Part shown: one piece after another, positions 40,529 through 50,303 of the stretch
How the letters are laid out: each line of letters begins with the position of its first letter
Position numbering within the stretch: position 1 is the stretch's first letter
Virus record (IMG/VR): IMGVR_UViG_3300035185_000031
DNA from: an uncultured virus (IMG/VR IMGVR_UViG_3300035185_000031)
Taxonomy: Duplodnaviria; Heunggongvirae; Uroviricota; Caudoviricetes
DNA length: 64,000 bases
Direction: 5' to 3' (one strand)
The notes under the pieces: generated by a model
What the model saw: the letters and a program-made list of their open reading frames with translations, nothing else
Database searches by the model: none
What the model was told of the DNA's origin: nothing
Made by a program: the position numbers and the translations under genes

Positions 40529-41385
40529 CTCTACAGTACCTGATTGGTGATGTCCTCGGAAGGAATGATTCCGGTCACCACCTTGTACAACGCCTCCGCT
40601 TGAGCTTCGCTCAACGGGTACGCCGACTTGATCACGGGCATGCCCCTATCGTCCACTGTGAAGTTCTCGACGTCCTCCGTGATCTGGATCGACTTGATGT
40701 CGTCTTGATCTCGGAACCACTCGCACAGCTTCTGAACGTAGGACATGACACGCACGTTACCACAAAAGCGAAGCGGCAGGCTCCTTGCCTGCCGCTCCTG
40801 TACCCCGCACAAGGGGCCTCACTTGTGATCCTCAGAGGGATCTTTTCACATTTGTTTGGCCCCTCTCAGGGGCCCACGAAGTGGCAACGTAGCTACGTCA
40901 TGGGACGCTCCTTCGACGACGATGTCGCTGTGTCGTTCTAGTTCGTCTCAACAGTTGGGTTTGCATTCAGTAGGTAGACCCCACACGAGAGGTCCGTTTT
41001 TCGCCCGTTGTCGGGACTTGCACCTACCCTTGTATCATCAAGCCCCGTGATGGTCAAGAGCTTCATGACCACGATCTAGCTTGCGAATGTAACGCAGCTC
41101 GACCGCGTCCCGGGTCTGTCTCGGAGGCTGAAGCCTCCGGGGAAAGGCCCAGGGCCGCCAGTCCTCTCTGTTATCGGGGTGGCGATCCATCCACTCGCCC
41201 AGAAGGCGTCCTGTCAGCTTCAGCATGGGTGTTCTCAGCTCCTTTTGCGGGGTCGCACGGAAAGCCCCTTGCCTCATGTGCGAAGCGTCTCAGGGCCTAG
41301 ACCCAGGGCGTTGCGACCTCTTCAGAAGAAAGAACTCCGCGGGGGCTGCTTTTGATAAGCGAGAGGTGGTAGATTTCTCAGACCC

Positions 41386-41691
41386 ATGAAGATCGTCGAA
41401 GGGCTGGAGCTGGATGCGAAAACTCTGCTAGCGGGGGCGGGTGCGCTGAGACACATGCCTCCGATGTCCGAGACGAAAACCGAGGTCATCAAGGTCTACG
41501 AGATCCCGGAGGACGGAACGGCAGTGAAGGTCGCCCGCATCACGAACGGAGTCTCCGTCACGCTGTGGGATACGGACGCAAACATGGCCCTGGACACCGC
41601 TCGGGTTTGGAAGGGACCTGACGCAGAGAACAAGGCAATTGACCAAGCCTTCAAACAGGCGAAGAAGGCCGGCTACAAGGGCCGCAAGTAG
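41386..41691 (+). CDS. Putative internal virion protein, MKIxEGxELD leader family
   Basis: MKIVEGLELDAKTLLAGAGALRHMPPMSE|T. Confidence 0.75.
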   Translation: MKIVEGLELDAKTLLAGAGALRHMPPMSETKTEVIKVYEIPEDGTAVKVARITNGVSVTLWDTDANMALDTARVWKGPDAENKAIDQAFKQAKKAGYKGRK

Positions 41692-41846
41692 GGGTCAATC
41701 CTTCTTCGGTACGCAGCCCACGGCGTCCAACTCTCTGCTCAAGTCCTCGATCTTCTGATCTGCGCTTAGAGCCTCGCGCTTCTTCTTGCGCTTGCGGTCC
41801 TTCTTGCGAAGCCAGTTCTCGTTTTCAGCGCTCATGCGTATGACCT

Positions 41847-42737
41847 TCATACCAAGACTCCCTTGAGATCCGAGGCACCCATGACGACGATCTCGTGTTC
41901 GCCCAACGCAACCAACTCGGAGGAGGTCACCGGAGTCATCAGGATGCGAGACGCTGGCACCTTCATGGCGATCACGTTGTCCGAGAAGCGCTTCGCCTGC
42001 CGAGGGCTCAAGGAAAACGAGGACGCTTCGCGACAAGCGATGCCAATGTCGTCCCCCTTCTCCACGCCTTCCAACTGACCCTTCACCCCACGGTACACGG
42101 TGACCTCCTCGATCCCGTGCTTCTTGAGGTAGGCTTGCGTGAACGCTTGGACATCATCGATCCAGTCGTTGAAATCCTGGCTGTCCGCGCCCTCCTTGCG
42201 TACGGAGGATGCATCGGGATCGTCTGGCGCAGGGCTCCCATTCACACCCTTGGCGGCAAGAGCCCCCTGGATACGATGCGCGTCGATGGCACTCGTGTCC
42301 TCTGCCCACGCTCCGCACACGCGATCGTGGAACGGCTTCTTCTTCACCACAGAGTGCTCGAACTCGTAGCTCGCTGCTTGAGCCGTACTGATCAAGAACT
42401 GCGATTCCTTCGGGAGCCTGTCGAACTCGTCACGCAACACAGTCGGAAGGGACGCGCGGTTCCTGTACGCCTCGATAGGATTCAACCCCAACGCCTTGTC
42501 CACGGCGTCCACGTGCTTCGCCATGGCCTCCACCTTCTCGGGTGAGGGAGCGAAGGTTTCCTTCTCCGTACTCGGTTCTGTCTTGCTGACGCCTTGCTTG
42601 GTGAGACAGCGATCCTTGTCCTGAGCGAAACGGTAGCCACGAGGACAACGGCCTGTACGGTCTCGGTACTGATCGGGGGTTTCCGCCTCGACCGCGAGGT
42701 AGGCTTCTGAGATCAGGTGGGACAGGGCCGCGGGCAT
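41847..42737 (-). CDS. Putative ADP-ribosyltransferase (R-S-E class) with LSHLISE leader
   Basis: VTVYRGV, ASSFSLS and GEHEIVV motifs. Confidence 0.7.
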   Translation of the reverse strand: MPAALSHLISEAYLAVEAETPDQYRDRTGRCPRGYRFAQDKDRCLTKQGVSKTEPSTEKETFAPSPEKVEAMAKHVDAVDKALGLNPIEAYRNRASLPTVLRDEFDRLPKESQFLISTAQAASYEFEHSVVKKKPFHDRVCGAWAEDTSAIDAHRIQGALAAKGVNGSPAPDDPDASSVRKEGADSQDFNDWIDDVQAFTQAYLKKHGIEEVTVYRGVKGQLEGVEKGDDIGIACREASSFSLSPRQAKRFSDNVIAMKVPASRILMTPVTSSELVALGEHEIVVMGASDLKGVLV

Positions 42738-43843
42738 CAGGGCGAAGGATACTCCACCGACAGCTACTTGTCTTCGGTGAGAATGACTTCGTCCTCAGAC
42801 GTTTCGTGCCCCTCGTGAGGCAGACCGCCCTTCGCGGACTGCATCTTCTGAAGCCGCGCCGAAAAGGCTCGGGCCTTCGTTCCCTTGGCTATGTCATCCG
42901 TGACCACATTCAGAAGAGCGTCCCCCTTGGAGCGCAGCCGGAACTTCGAATGGATGAGGCACAAGAGGGCAAGACAACGATCTCGTTCATGGCGAGTACC
43001 GATGAGCCCACCTATACAGATCCCGAAGACCACGCCTCCCAAGGCAACAAGACCTGAGTAAAGCACCCTCTCGACTAGGTCGTAAAACATCAATCCACCT
43101 CATAGAGACAGGACACGTACGCCGGCCTGCCTGACGAGCACTCGCATCCAATCAGGTTGGTAGGCCACGTAGGCTCTTCACGAGGATCCTCCCAAGACCA
43201 GCGAAGAGCATGAGTCTCGCACCCGTTCGCTACGCACGTCTTCGAAGAGCTGCACTTCGGAGACGGGTAGCCCTGAATCCAACCGTCGGGGCCGTTATAG
43301 TACTCGGGCGCTTCGTACGTCTCTCGTACCGAGGGAAGAACGGGATCGACGCGCCAGAAACCTTCCTGGACCTGCTCCACGGGTTCCGTTGCACTACAGA
43401 CGTGACTCACACCAAAGAGGAGAGCACTGACGAAGACAAGCCGCTCGGCAATCATGAGGGGATCTTCCAAACGGAGTCGACCCCCAAGCGATCTAGGGCT
43501 TGACCGTCGATCAACCCGGAGGGGTCCAGAGGAATCTCGTCCAGACCGAACAGCTCGAACGCGCGCTCCATCAATTCGGCCACCATCCCCATGTTCTCTG
43601 CGTATGCAAGATCCTTAGCCAGAGCCAACATCACCCCGCGCATGTATCCAACTTGCTGACAGTAAGGGAGACCCTTCTTGGGACGATAGCCGTCGAGAGC
43701 TTCGACGATGCGCTTCGCAGCAGCAGCTTGCTGCTCGGGACTACCGTACGAGCAGCAACGCTTGCATCCGACCGAGCTGCCTCCACTAACGCAGGTGCAT
43801 CGGGGGTGGCAAGGAGTCGCGTGCGTGCAGGGACAAGACGGAT

Positions 43844-44350
43844 TCATCTGCGTTCCTTCTGCTTCTGAGCCAGAAGCTTGTCGGACTCTTCTTGTAGCGC
43901 AGCCTTCGCCTTCTCGATGACCTCCTTCGCGGTCCCTTCTGATGGAGGATACACACCCCACAGTTGGTCAACACGGAAGAACGAGGGCTCGTCTTCTCTC
44001 GGATCGAGGGGCAGGAAAACGTGAGGAGTGCGGGTCCCTCCCATCCGAGCCAGGGCTCCTAGGAGAGCCCCGCTGATCCCTCCCTCCTCAGGCGCGGAGA
44101 ACGCAGGCCCCTTGTAGTACTCAGGCGGGCAGGTCATGCCCCATTTGCTGATGGGGAACGCGCGAATGATGACGTACTTCATGCCCAGCTCCCGATCCTC
44201 GTCTGAGGGATTGGATAGCTCTGTCGCTTCTCGCGTAACCGCATGCCATCCGGGTACGGCATCGAAGATCGCAACGACAGGCCACGGTTTGTCCAAACCG
44301 AACTGACGAACAGCCGCAGCCTGGAACTCCGCCATGAGGTCATCGGACAT
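43844..44350 (-). CDS. Hypothetical protein
   Basis: GGAGG RBS; TTGACC promoter at about 44387. Confidence 0.55.
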   Translation of the reverse strand: MSDDLMAEFQAAAVRQFGLDKPWPVVAIFDAVPGWHAVTREATELSNPSDEDRELGMKYVIIRAFPISKWGMTCPPEYYKGPAFSAPEEGGISGALLGALARMGGTRTPHVFLPLDPREDEPSFFRVDQLWGVYPPSEGTAKEVIEKAKAALQEESDKLLAQKQKERR

Positions 44351-44390
44351 GCCTCCGGACCATCCCATATAGGAAGAGGATGGTCAAGGC

Positions 44391-45182
44391 TCAGAAGTAG
44401 TCGTGGTACTCAGGGTCTCCGGGCCACAAGACCTCGGCCCTGATTTCCACATCGGACCGCACGAGCATCTTCCCGCTCTTGATGGAAACCTCTCGACTCA
44501 GGCTCCAGGCGGTAAGCTTGGCTCTGGCCTCCACGGGGACGTCGGGTCTGTCGTCATCGTCCACATCGTAGTCCGTGTGCATCTTCTGGTAGGCGAACTC
44601 CACAGCGTCGTCCGCTACCTTACTCGTGGGAGTATGATCCTTGTTGTTTTCCGGAAGCACGGACTGCGCAAGATCTTCGATCGCAGATCGAATCTCTCGC
44701 TGCTTCAAGAACTCGGGCAGCCACTCCTTGTATTCAGACCAGTCGTCCCGCAGAGCGCCGCCAACGACGTCCACAGGATCCAATCTGAAGGAAACCACAG
44801 AGCTGACAGTTTTGGGGTACTCGATCTCGTAGCTCACGTAGGCATTGTCCGAGAACTCGTAGGAGTCTTCAGTTCGATCCTGTCTTCCTGCTTGGAACTT
44901 CTTAGCCCCCAAAACGCGATCGAGTCGTTCCAAATTCGCGTCCACGGCACCTGACAGAGCGTCGCTCGCCGAAGCAAACAGCCCTGTACCAATAGAAGCT
45001 GGGGTCTCGTACGATTCCAAGTCACGAGCCACTCGCTCGACGGTCTGCTGAAAGACCTTTTCGATCTTCTTGGTGTTGACTCGCTTGCGCCGCGCCTCTC
45101 CCAAGGAGGGCAAAGAAGATCGCACTCCCGCAACGAGAAGGAACGCTTGAGGATCTAACTCCACGTCCTCGACGATCTTCAT
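44391..45182 (-). CDS. Putative internal virion protein, MKIxExxELDP leader family
   Basis: MKIVEDVELDPQAFLLVAGVRSSLPSLGE|A. Confidence 0.7.
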   Translation of the reverse strand: MKIVEDVELDPQAFLLVAGVRSSLPSLGEARRKRVNTKKIEKVFQQTVERVARDLESYETPASIGTGLFASASDALSGAVDANLERLDRVLGAKKFQAGRQDRTEDSYEFSDNAYVSYEIEYPKTVSSVVSFRLDPVDVVGGALRDDWSEYKEWLPEFLKQREIRSAIEDLAQSVLPENNKDHTPTSKVADDAVEFAYQKMHTDYDVDDDDRPDVPVEARAKLTAWSLSREVSIKSGKMLVRSDVEIRAEVLWPGDPEYHDYF

Positions 45183-45448
45183 GGCCACGAAGCATACCAC
45201 AAGGAGTTTTACGCCAGTAGACCCCCGGAAGCGTCGCCCTCAGCATCGAGCGTCGGTTGTGAAGGGGGTCGTGACTTGCGCGAAGCGCAACCAGGGCAGT
45301 GGATGCGAATGACGCGCGTTTCGACGTCTAGGTAAGAGGTAACGTACGAGCCGCAGATCGTGCAGACCGCGTCCGGCCCGTGCGTTTCGGAAAACTTCCT
45401 CATAGGCGTCGGGGACAGTAGTGAGTCCCCGGTCTCATGCAAGAGGAA

Positions 45449-46225
45449 TCAGCTCTTGGGTTCGAGTTCCGCGAGCTGTCCGATGTAGTCGACGAGGTAC
45501 TTGACGATCTGCTCGGGCGTACCCGTCTTGGCGCGAAACTTCAAGCCAGCTTGCTTACCGACGAAGCCCGAGAGCTGCTTGACCTTCACCTTGCCTGTCG
45601 GGGGATCCTGTCCAAGCTGAGCCGCGAACCCGTCCACCGTGAACTGCGTTCTGTTGTTCATGGCCGAAGCTCCGACCGGACGACCTTCTAGGTTCACGAA
45701 GGTGATGATCACGTGGTCGTGCTTGTCGTTGAACTGGTTGTAGTGATCGCAGTGAAGATACTTGTTACCGATCTTTGCCTTCGCTTGCTTCTGGACGGCG
45801 TCGCAGAAGCGCTCAGAGTCCCACACCGCAGCTTCGGACAAACGAGACTCCCGACGAGGCACAGGTAGGCTACGTACCCAAGCGGTGACGAGGCGCACAG
45901 CCGTGCTGTGCGTGGGAACCTTGCCTCGTCCCTTCACGATCAAGTCGAACTCGTTGCCGAACTGTTTGGATCCCTCCCCATCGGGAAGTCCGCCGCCTGC
46001 CTGCTTCGGCAGTATGGTGATCGGCGCAACACCTCCGGGCACTCGGACCAAGTACATGCCCAAGTCCGACTTGGGAACCACGAGGGAGCCTTCGGGAAGA
46101 CGTTCGACCTCCTGAGAGGTCAGCGTCTTCTGAGCCTCAGTCAGCAGACCCGGGAATCGGGGCACTAGCCCCGCTTGTTCCCGAAACTCCTTCGGATCCA
46201 GCTCGACACCTTCCATGATCTTCAT
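45449..46225 (-). CDS. Putative internal virion protein, MKIxEGxELDP leader family (two cargo modules)
   Basis: MKIMEGVELDPKEFREQAGLVPRFPGLLTE|A; internal RLSE|AAV. Confidence 0.75.
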   Translation of the reverse strand: MKIMEGVELDPKEFREQAGLVPRFPGLLTEAQKTLTSQEVERLPEGSLVVPKSDLGMYLVRVPGGVAPITILPKQAGGGLPDGEGSKQFGNEFDLIVKGRGKVPTHSTAVRLVTAWVRSLPVPRRESRLSEAAVWDSERFCDAVQKQAKAKIGNKYLHCDHYNQFNDKHDHVIITFVNLEGRPVGASAMNNRTQFTVDGFAAQLGQDPPTGKVKVKQLSGFVGKQAGLKFRAKTGTPEQIVKYLVDYIGQLAELEPKS

Positions 46226-46254
46226 GCGCTGAGCCTACCATACGGGGCTCAGGG

Positions 46255-46725
46255 TCAGCTAGGGGAGTCCTCCGCCAACATCTGCTCGACTTCCTGCATC
46301 TCTTCGGCCATTTCGGCCTCGTCCCGAGCCTGTAGGCAGTCCCAGACCTCGTTCTCGATGTGCTGTGCACACGCCTTCGCCAACACGTGGCCGATGCCTG
46401 GATCGGAGGCTCCCACAGACTCGCAGTCCTCGCTCGGAGGCTCTCCAGATCCATCCGGGTAGTAGCGAACGCCTGGGTCGTAAACGAACTTGAGGAGGGT
46501 GAACTCGCGCCTGGTACGCCGACCTCCGATGGTCGCCACCTCGTTCTCGTCCACTGCGATGCCCGAGACGTTGCCGATACGGATCGTCTCTCCGTCGTCG
46601 AGTACCTCGACCTCGACCTTCTCGCCGAGAACCGAGGCCACCGTGGACCGAACCAGCTCGATCTCCTGCTCCGTGAACGTGCTCGGGGAGGAAATGTTTT
46701 GAACTGCTACCTTCTTCACGCTCAT
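46255..46725 (-). CDS. Acidic hypothetical protein
   Basis: MSVKKVAVQ...; coupled start. Confidence 0.6.
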   Translation of the reverse strand: MSVKKVAVQNISSPSTFTEQEIELVRSTVASVLGEKVEVEVLDDGETIRIGNVSGIAVDENEVATIGGRRTRREFTLLKFVYDPGVRYYPDGSGEPPSEDCESVGASDPGIGHVLAKACAQHIENEVWDCLQARDEAEMAEEMQEVEQMLAEDSPS

Positions 46726-47105
46726 TGGAACTTCTCCGAAAGGGCACCGCGTAACACCTCCTCGAAGTGCTCCAGCGAATCTGTGACGTCGAGCCCGAGG
46801 ACCGTGTTGACCAGCTGCAACTTGCGGGCCTCCAACTGAACCTCTTCGTCCAGCTCCTTCGCGAGAACCGCTTGCGCCTCCAAGTCGGCTGGAGTCAGCG
46901 ATTCCCCGAGCACCGCGCTGTAGCCCTTCAGGAGGATCGCGTTGCCCTTGGGGCCCACCGGAGTCCAGCCCTCCCAAAGCGAACTCAGCAAGCCCATGAA
47001 GCGCAAACGCGCAACCTCGTGAGCGCTCTGCTTGTCCTCTTCCGTGGGGGCCGTGTTGAAATTGACGTCCAACTGCACCTTGTACTTGAATGTGTGCCAG
47101 GGCAT
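46722..47105 (-). CDS. Hypothetical protein
   Basis: AAGGAG RBS; TTGACA-17-TAGCGT promoter. Confidence 0.6.
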   Translation of the reverse strand: MPWHTFKYKVQLDVNFNTAPTEEDKQSAHEVARLRFMGLLSSLWEGWTPVGPKGNAILLKGYSAVLGESLTPADLEAQAVLAKELDEEVQLEARKLQLVNTVLGLDVTDSLEHFEEVLRGALSEKFQ

Positions 47106-48236
47106 CGCTGTACTCCTTCTTACCCTCTAACGCTACCGTATGAAGAAGGGATTGTCAAGGAGAAGATCGTTTCTTCTTCGCCTTCTTTTGGTGTGGGCTC
47201 TGCGGCTCCGGAAACAGCTCTCTGAGCCGCTTTGCCAGGTCCCGTATCTCAGCCTCGTCCGTAGACCGAACGCGCACGTAGCCGGCAACTACGAGGCACC
47301 AGCGGCTCGTGTTGAACTTGTCATCGCGAACCTCGATCCACTGGGCTGGATTCTCGACCCAAGTGATCATGGGTTCTGTGCCCAGCGCCAGTACTCGTCC
47401 CACGCTTCTTCTGCGGTCTCTCCCGATCCAAGCACGTTGTAGCAATCCTCGGGGTCGTAGATACGGACGATGCCGTCCGGGATGTAGGGGCCTCCGATGC
47501 CGCACCCGTCGTCGAGCACGAGTTCCTCGGCCTCTACCAGGGCCTCGACGTTCACGACGCACCTCGACCCTGCATGTAACCCAGGCCATGGCCCGCCTTG
47601 TCGACACCCGAAGTGATGCCGGGGAAGATGTCCTCCAGCGTTGCGTCTCCCGTCACGAAGAGGCAGTCGCCCCGGGCACGGGACACAGCGTAGCCGTCAG
47701 GGTCGAACTTGGGAAAGCCTCCGACAAGGCGACTCGCCTTCTTGCGAGCCCCGCCCAGCGTCTTGTAGTGGAACTTCTTCCCAGCACCGCCCGGGGTGCT
47801 CACGTAGGTGAGTGTGATCTTCATGCTTCAGCCTCCTGAATGGCAGCAAGGAGCTGAGCCCGAACCCGCTGCAACTCTTCCGCGCGCTCCTGCTTGCCCG
47901 CCTTCCGACATTCCTCTTGGAGCGTGATGACCTCCCGCAGCTGCTTACGCTCTCTGGGGCACGGGTCTTCGACCTGCTCCCACCGAGTGTTGATGAGGTG
48001 CGCCGGCAAACGCCCTGTGCCCCCACCAGGATACAGCACTAGGTACTCTTCTGAGCAACTACGGCTAGGGAACTTCTTGAGGATCGTGAGGCGGTCCCCG
48101 AGCTTCCACTTCGAGGACCAACCCGGAGTGCGGTCCTGCTCGAAAGCGTCAAACCCCTCCTGAGACAGAGCCACGACAGCACCGACCCGAAAACGGAAGC
48201 GCTGGGGCCTCAACGAGACACGCTCGTTCGAAACCA

Positions 48237-48611
48237 TCAGTCGAGCCCCGCGCGTGCCGCAGCAGCGTCCTCTTTCCACATCCGGATCTCGTCCTCAGCC
48301 TGCTCTCGCAGAGAGGCACACACCTGACGCTCCTCGTCCTTGTCCAGCGTGCCGTCCCACTTGACCCGCTTGCCGTCCTCGTCCTCCACCTCGATGGTGA
48401 AGATCTCGACGTCTGCCGGAGCCCCCGGGCAACCCCCGTAGTAGCCCCAGCTAGGAGCCTCGCCCGGGTCGTAGTTGCCGCTGATGAATAGCGTGATGCA
48501 CTCGTAGTCGTAGTCCTCGATCTCTCCGTTCTCGTCCAAGATCGGGGACTCGCGCTCCAACTCGTACTCGTAGTCCTCGAAGCGAAGATCGCTACTGCCT
48601 GCCCGTGCCAT
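48237..48611 (-). CDS. Highly acidic hypothetical protein
   Basis: D/E-rich, 124 aa. Confidence 0.6.
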   Translation of the reverse strand: MARAGSSDLRFEDYEYELERESPILDENGEIEDYDYECITLFISGNYDPGEAPSWGYYGGCPGAPADVEIFTIEVEDEDGKRVKWDGTLDKDEERQVCASLREQAEDEIRMWKEDAAAARAGLD

Positions 48612-48862
48612 CAGCCCAGCTCCCCGTCCCGAAGCATGTCGAGGAACAGCACGCCCAGCTCCGTCTGAGCCTCCACCGTCCACTCCTGGTCCACCGCACG
48701 GCAAGCCCGAAGGTCCCGGTACTCAGGGGTCTCCCGCCCGACACCGAAACCCTGAGGCAACTGCACGCCGATCTCGAACCCGTCCGAACCGCAGAGGCTC
48801 AGGACCAGCCCCTCTTCCCCTGCATGCTTGCTCACGTTCTGTACGAACTCCAGTGTTTCCAT
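48611..48862 (-). CDS. Hypothetical early protein
   Basis: First gene behind promoter copy 4; GAAGGA RBS. Confidence 0.6.
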   Translation of the reverse strand: METLEFVQNVSKHAGEEGLVLSLCGSDGFEIGVQLPQGFGVGRETPEYRDLRACRAVDQEWTVEAQTELGVLFLDMLRDGELG

Positions 48863-48886
48863 CGGTTCCTTCTTCCTTCCAACACC

Positions 48887-48944
48887 AAGGTATCGCATAG
48901 AATCGGGATGGTCAAGGGGTTGGATCTAGAAAACGGATCTTTTT
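48887..48944 (-). promoter_or_regulatory. Early-type promoter cassette, copy 4
   Basis: AAAAAGATCCG-18bp-TTGACC-17bp-TACCTT. Confidence 0.8.
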
Positions 48945-48984
48945 TCTTCGTCAGATTCCGAGACCCCTCTGCGTCCTTGGGGGC

Positions 48985-49482
48985 ATGAACGACGCAATCC
49001 GTACCGAGCGCATCCACATGTTGAACCTCCTGCTCCAGGGAACCGCCCTCTCTGAGAAGGAACCGGACCCCGAGCATTTGCTCACCGTGGGCCTCGTCTT
49101 CGAGGCTAGGGGCGAGCTGCTGCGCTGGGAGGACTACGGCAACCCAGGGCTCCGGAAGTTCCACCAGCGCGTCCCTACAAGGCTCCTGGAGGCCCTGGTG
49201 GCTGCCTACCGCAAGGAGCTGGAGACCCTACCCCTGTGCTGGGTGCGGGCCTCAGACCCGGACAGCAGCCAAATGGTCTTCTCCCTCCACCGCCGGGAGG
49301 ACATCGAGAGCGCGTTTCTCATGCTCCAGAAAGCTGCGCTTGAACGAGGCCTACCCCCAGGGCAACTCTCCGGGTTCAACGAGCTGTGGGACGAGCTTCA
49401 AGCATGGGACGCCGAAGCAAGAGAGTGCGTCGACTCCAAGATCATCGCTTGGGCGCGCTCCGAGCGACCTCCTCGTAGGTGA
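48985..49482 (+). CDS. Hypothetical protein
   Basis: 165-aa ORF. Confidence 0.55.
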   Translation: MNDAIRTERIHMLNLLLQGTALSEKEPDPEHLLTVGLVFEARGELLRWEDYGNPGLRKFHQRVPTRLLEALVAAYRKELETLPLCWVRASDPDSSQMVFSLHRREDIESAFLMLQKAALERGLPPGQLSGFNELWDELQAWDAEARECVDSKIIAWARSERPPRR

Positions 49483-49920
49483 ACCAGCGCATCTGCCGAC
49501 GAGTGATTCTCCAGCGTACTAGCTTTGCTACCTGACGGTCGCTCATGCCTTCGGTCTTCAACCGAAGCCACTGAGCCAAGCGCCGGGTTGCTTGTGGGTC
49601 GACCATCAGCTCCCCCACAGTGATCACTGGGAGTCCCTGCTAGTGAATTGGAACCCCGTCGGGAGTTTTCGACAGCTCCACCGACACCGGCTCGTAGCCC
49701 AGCTTCTTCAGACCTTCGAAGATCTTCGGTCCACAGCGTTCGAGGTCCTCAGCTGCCTGCTCAGTCTGGGGAATCAAGCGAACCAGGTCCCCGTCCGGAT
49801 GGCGCCAAACCACGTTCTTCCACTTGCTCATGCGCATCTCCTGAAAGGTGGCGTGTCCCACACGCGATCCGAAGTGGGTCCCCAACCGACCTCATGGTCG
49901 GCCACGCCACGGGAATCCTG

Positions 49921-49940
49921 ATGCGTCCACATGGACGCAT
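49921..49940. repeat. Dispersed palindrome, copy 7 (ATGCGTCCACATGGACGCAT)
   Basis: Just downstream of the 49947-50303 gene. Confidence 0.85.
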
Positions 49941-49946
49941 GGAAGT

Positions 49947-50303
49947 TCAACCGGACTCGACAGCCCCCGAGGAGTACTTCACTTGAGGCTCCTCCATCGA
50001 GGTGTACTTCATCTGCTCCTCCTGCTCGACGACACGCATCTTCTTCGAAGCACGTACCAAAGCCCACCCAAGCCAGTGAGCAAAGGCCGAGGTCTCCAGG
50101 GGAAGACGCAGCGACAGCTTGGTGTTGAAGGCGTGCATCTGAAAGTCGACGTAGAAGGTGTGCTCTCGAACGCGAACCAGGTCTTGTCGCGTCCGTTCCA
50201 TGCGTTCCTCGACAAGGCACACGTTGATGCCCGAGTTGCTCAGGTGAAAATACGCCTCGTCCAGAGTGTTGATCTCCCCAGTATCTTGCAGGTCGTCATT
50301 CAT
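49947..50303 (-). CDS. Hypothetical protein
   Basis: 118 aa; AAGGG RBS. Confidence 0.55.
   Translation of the reverse strand: MNDDLQDTGEINTLDEAYFHLSNSGINVCLVEERMERTRQDLVRVREHTFYVDFQMHAFNTKLSLRLPLETSAFAHWLGWALVRASKKMRVVEQEEQMKYTSMEEPQVKYSSGAVESG

Noticed and set aside
1490..49940. CRISPR array from the repeated palindrome
   Set aside because: Copies are kilobases apart with no regular spacers and no cas genes
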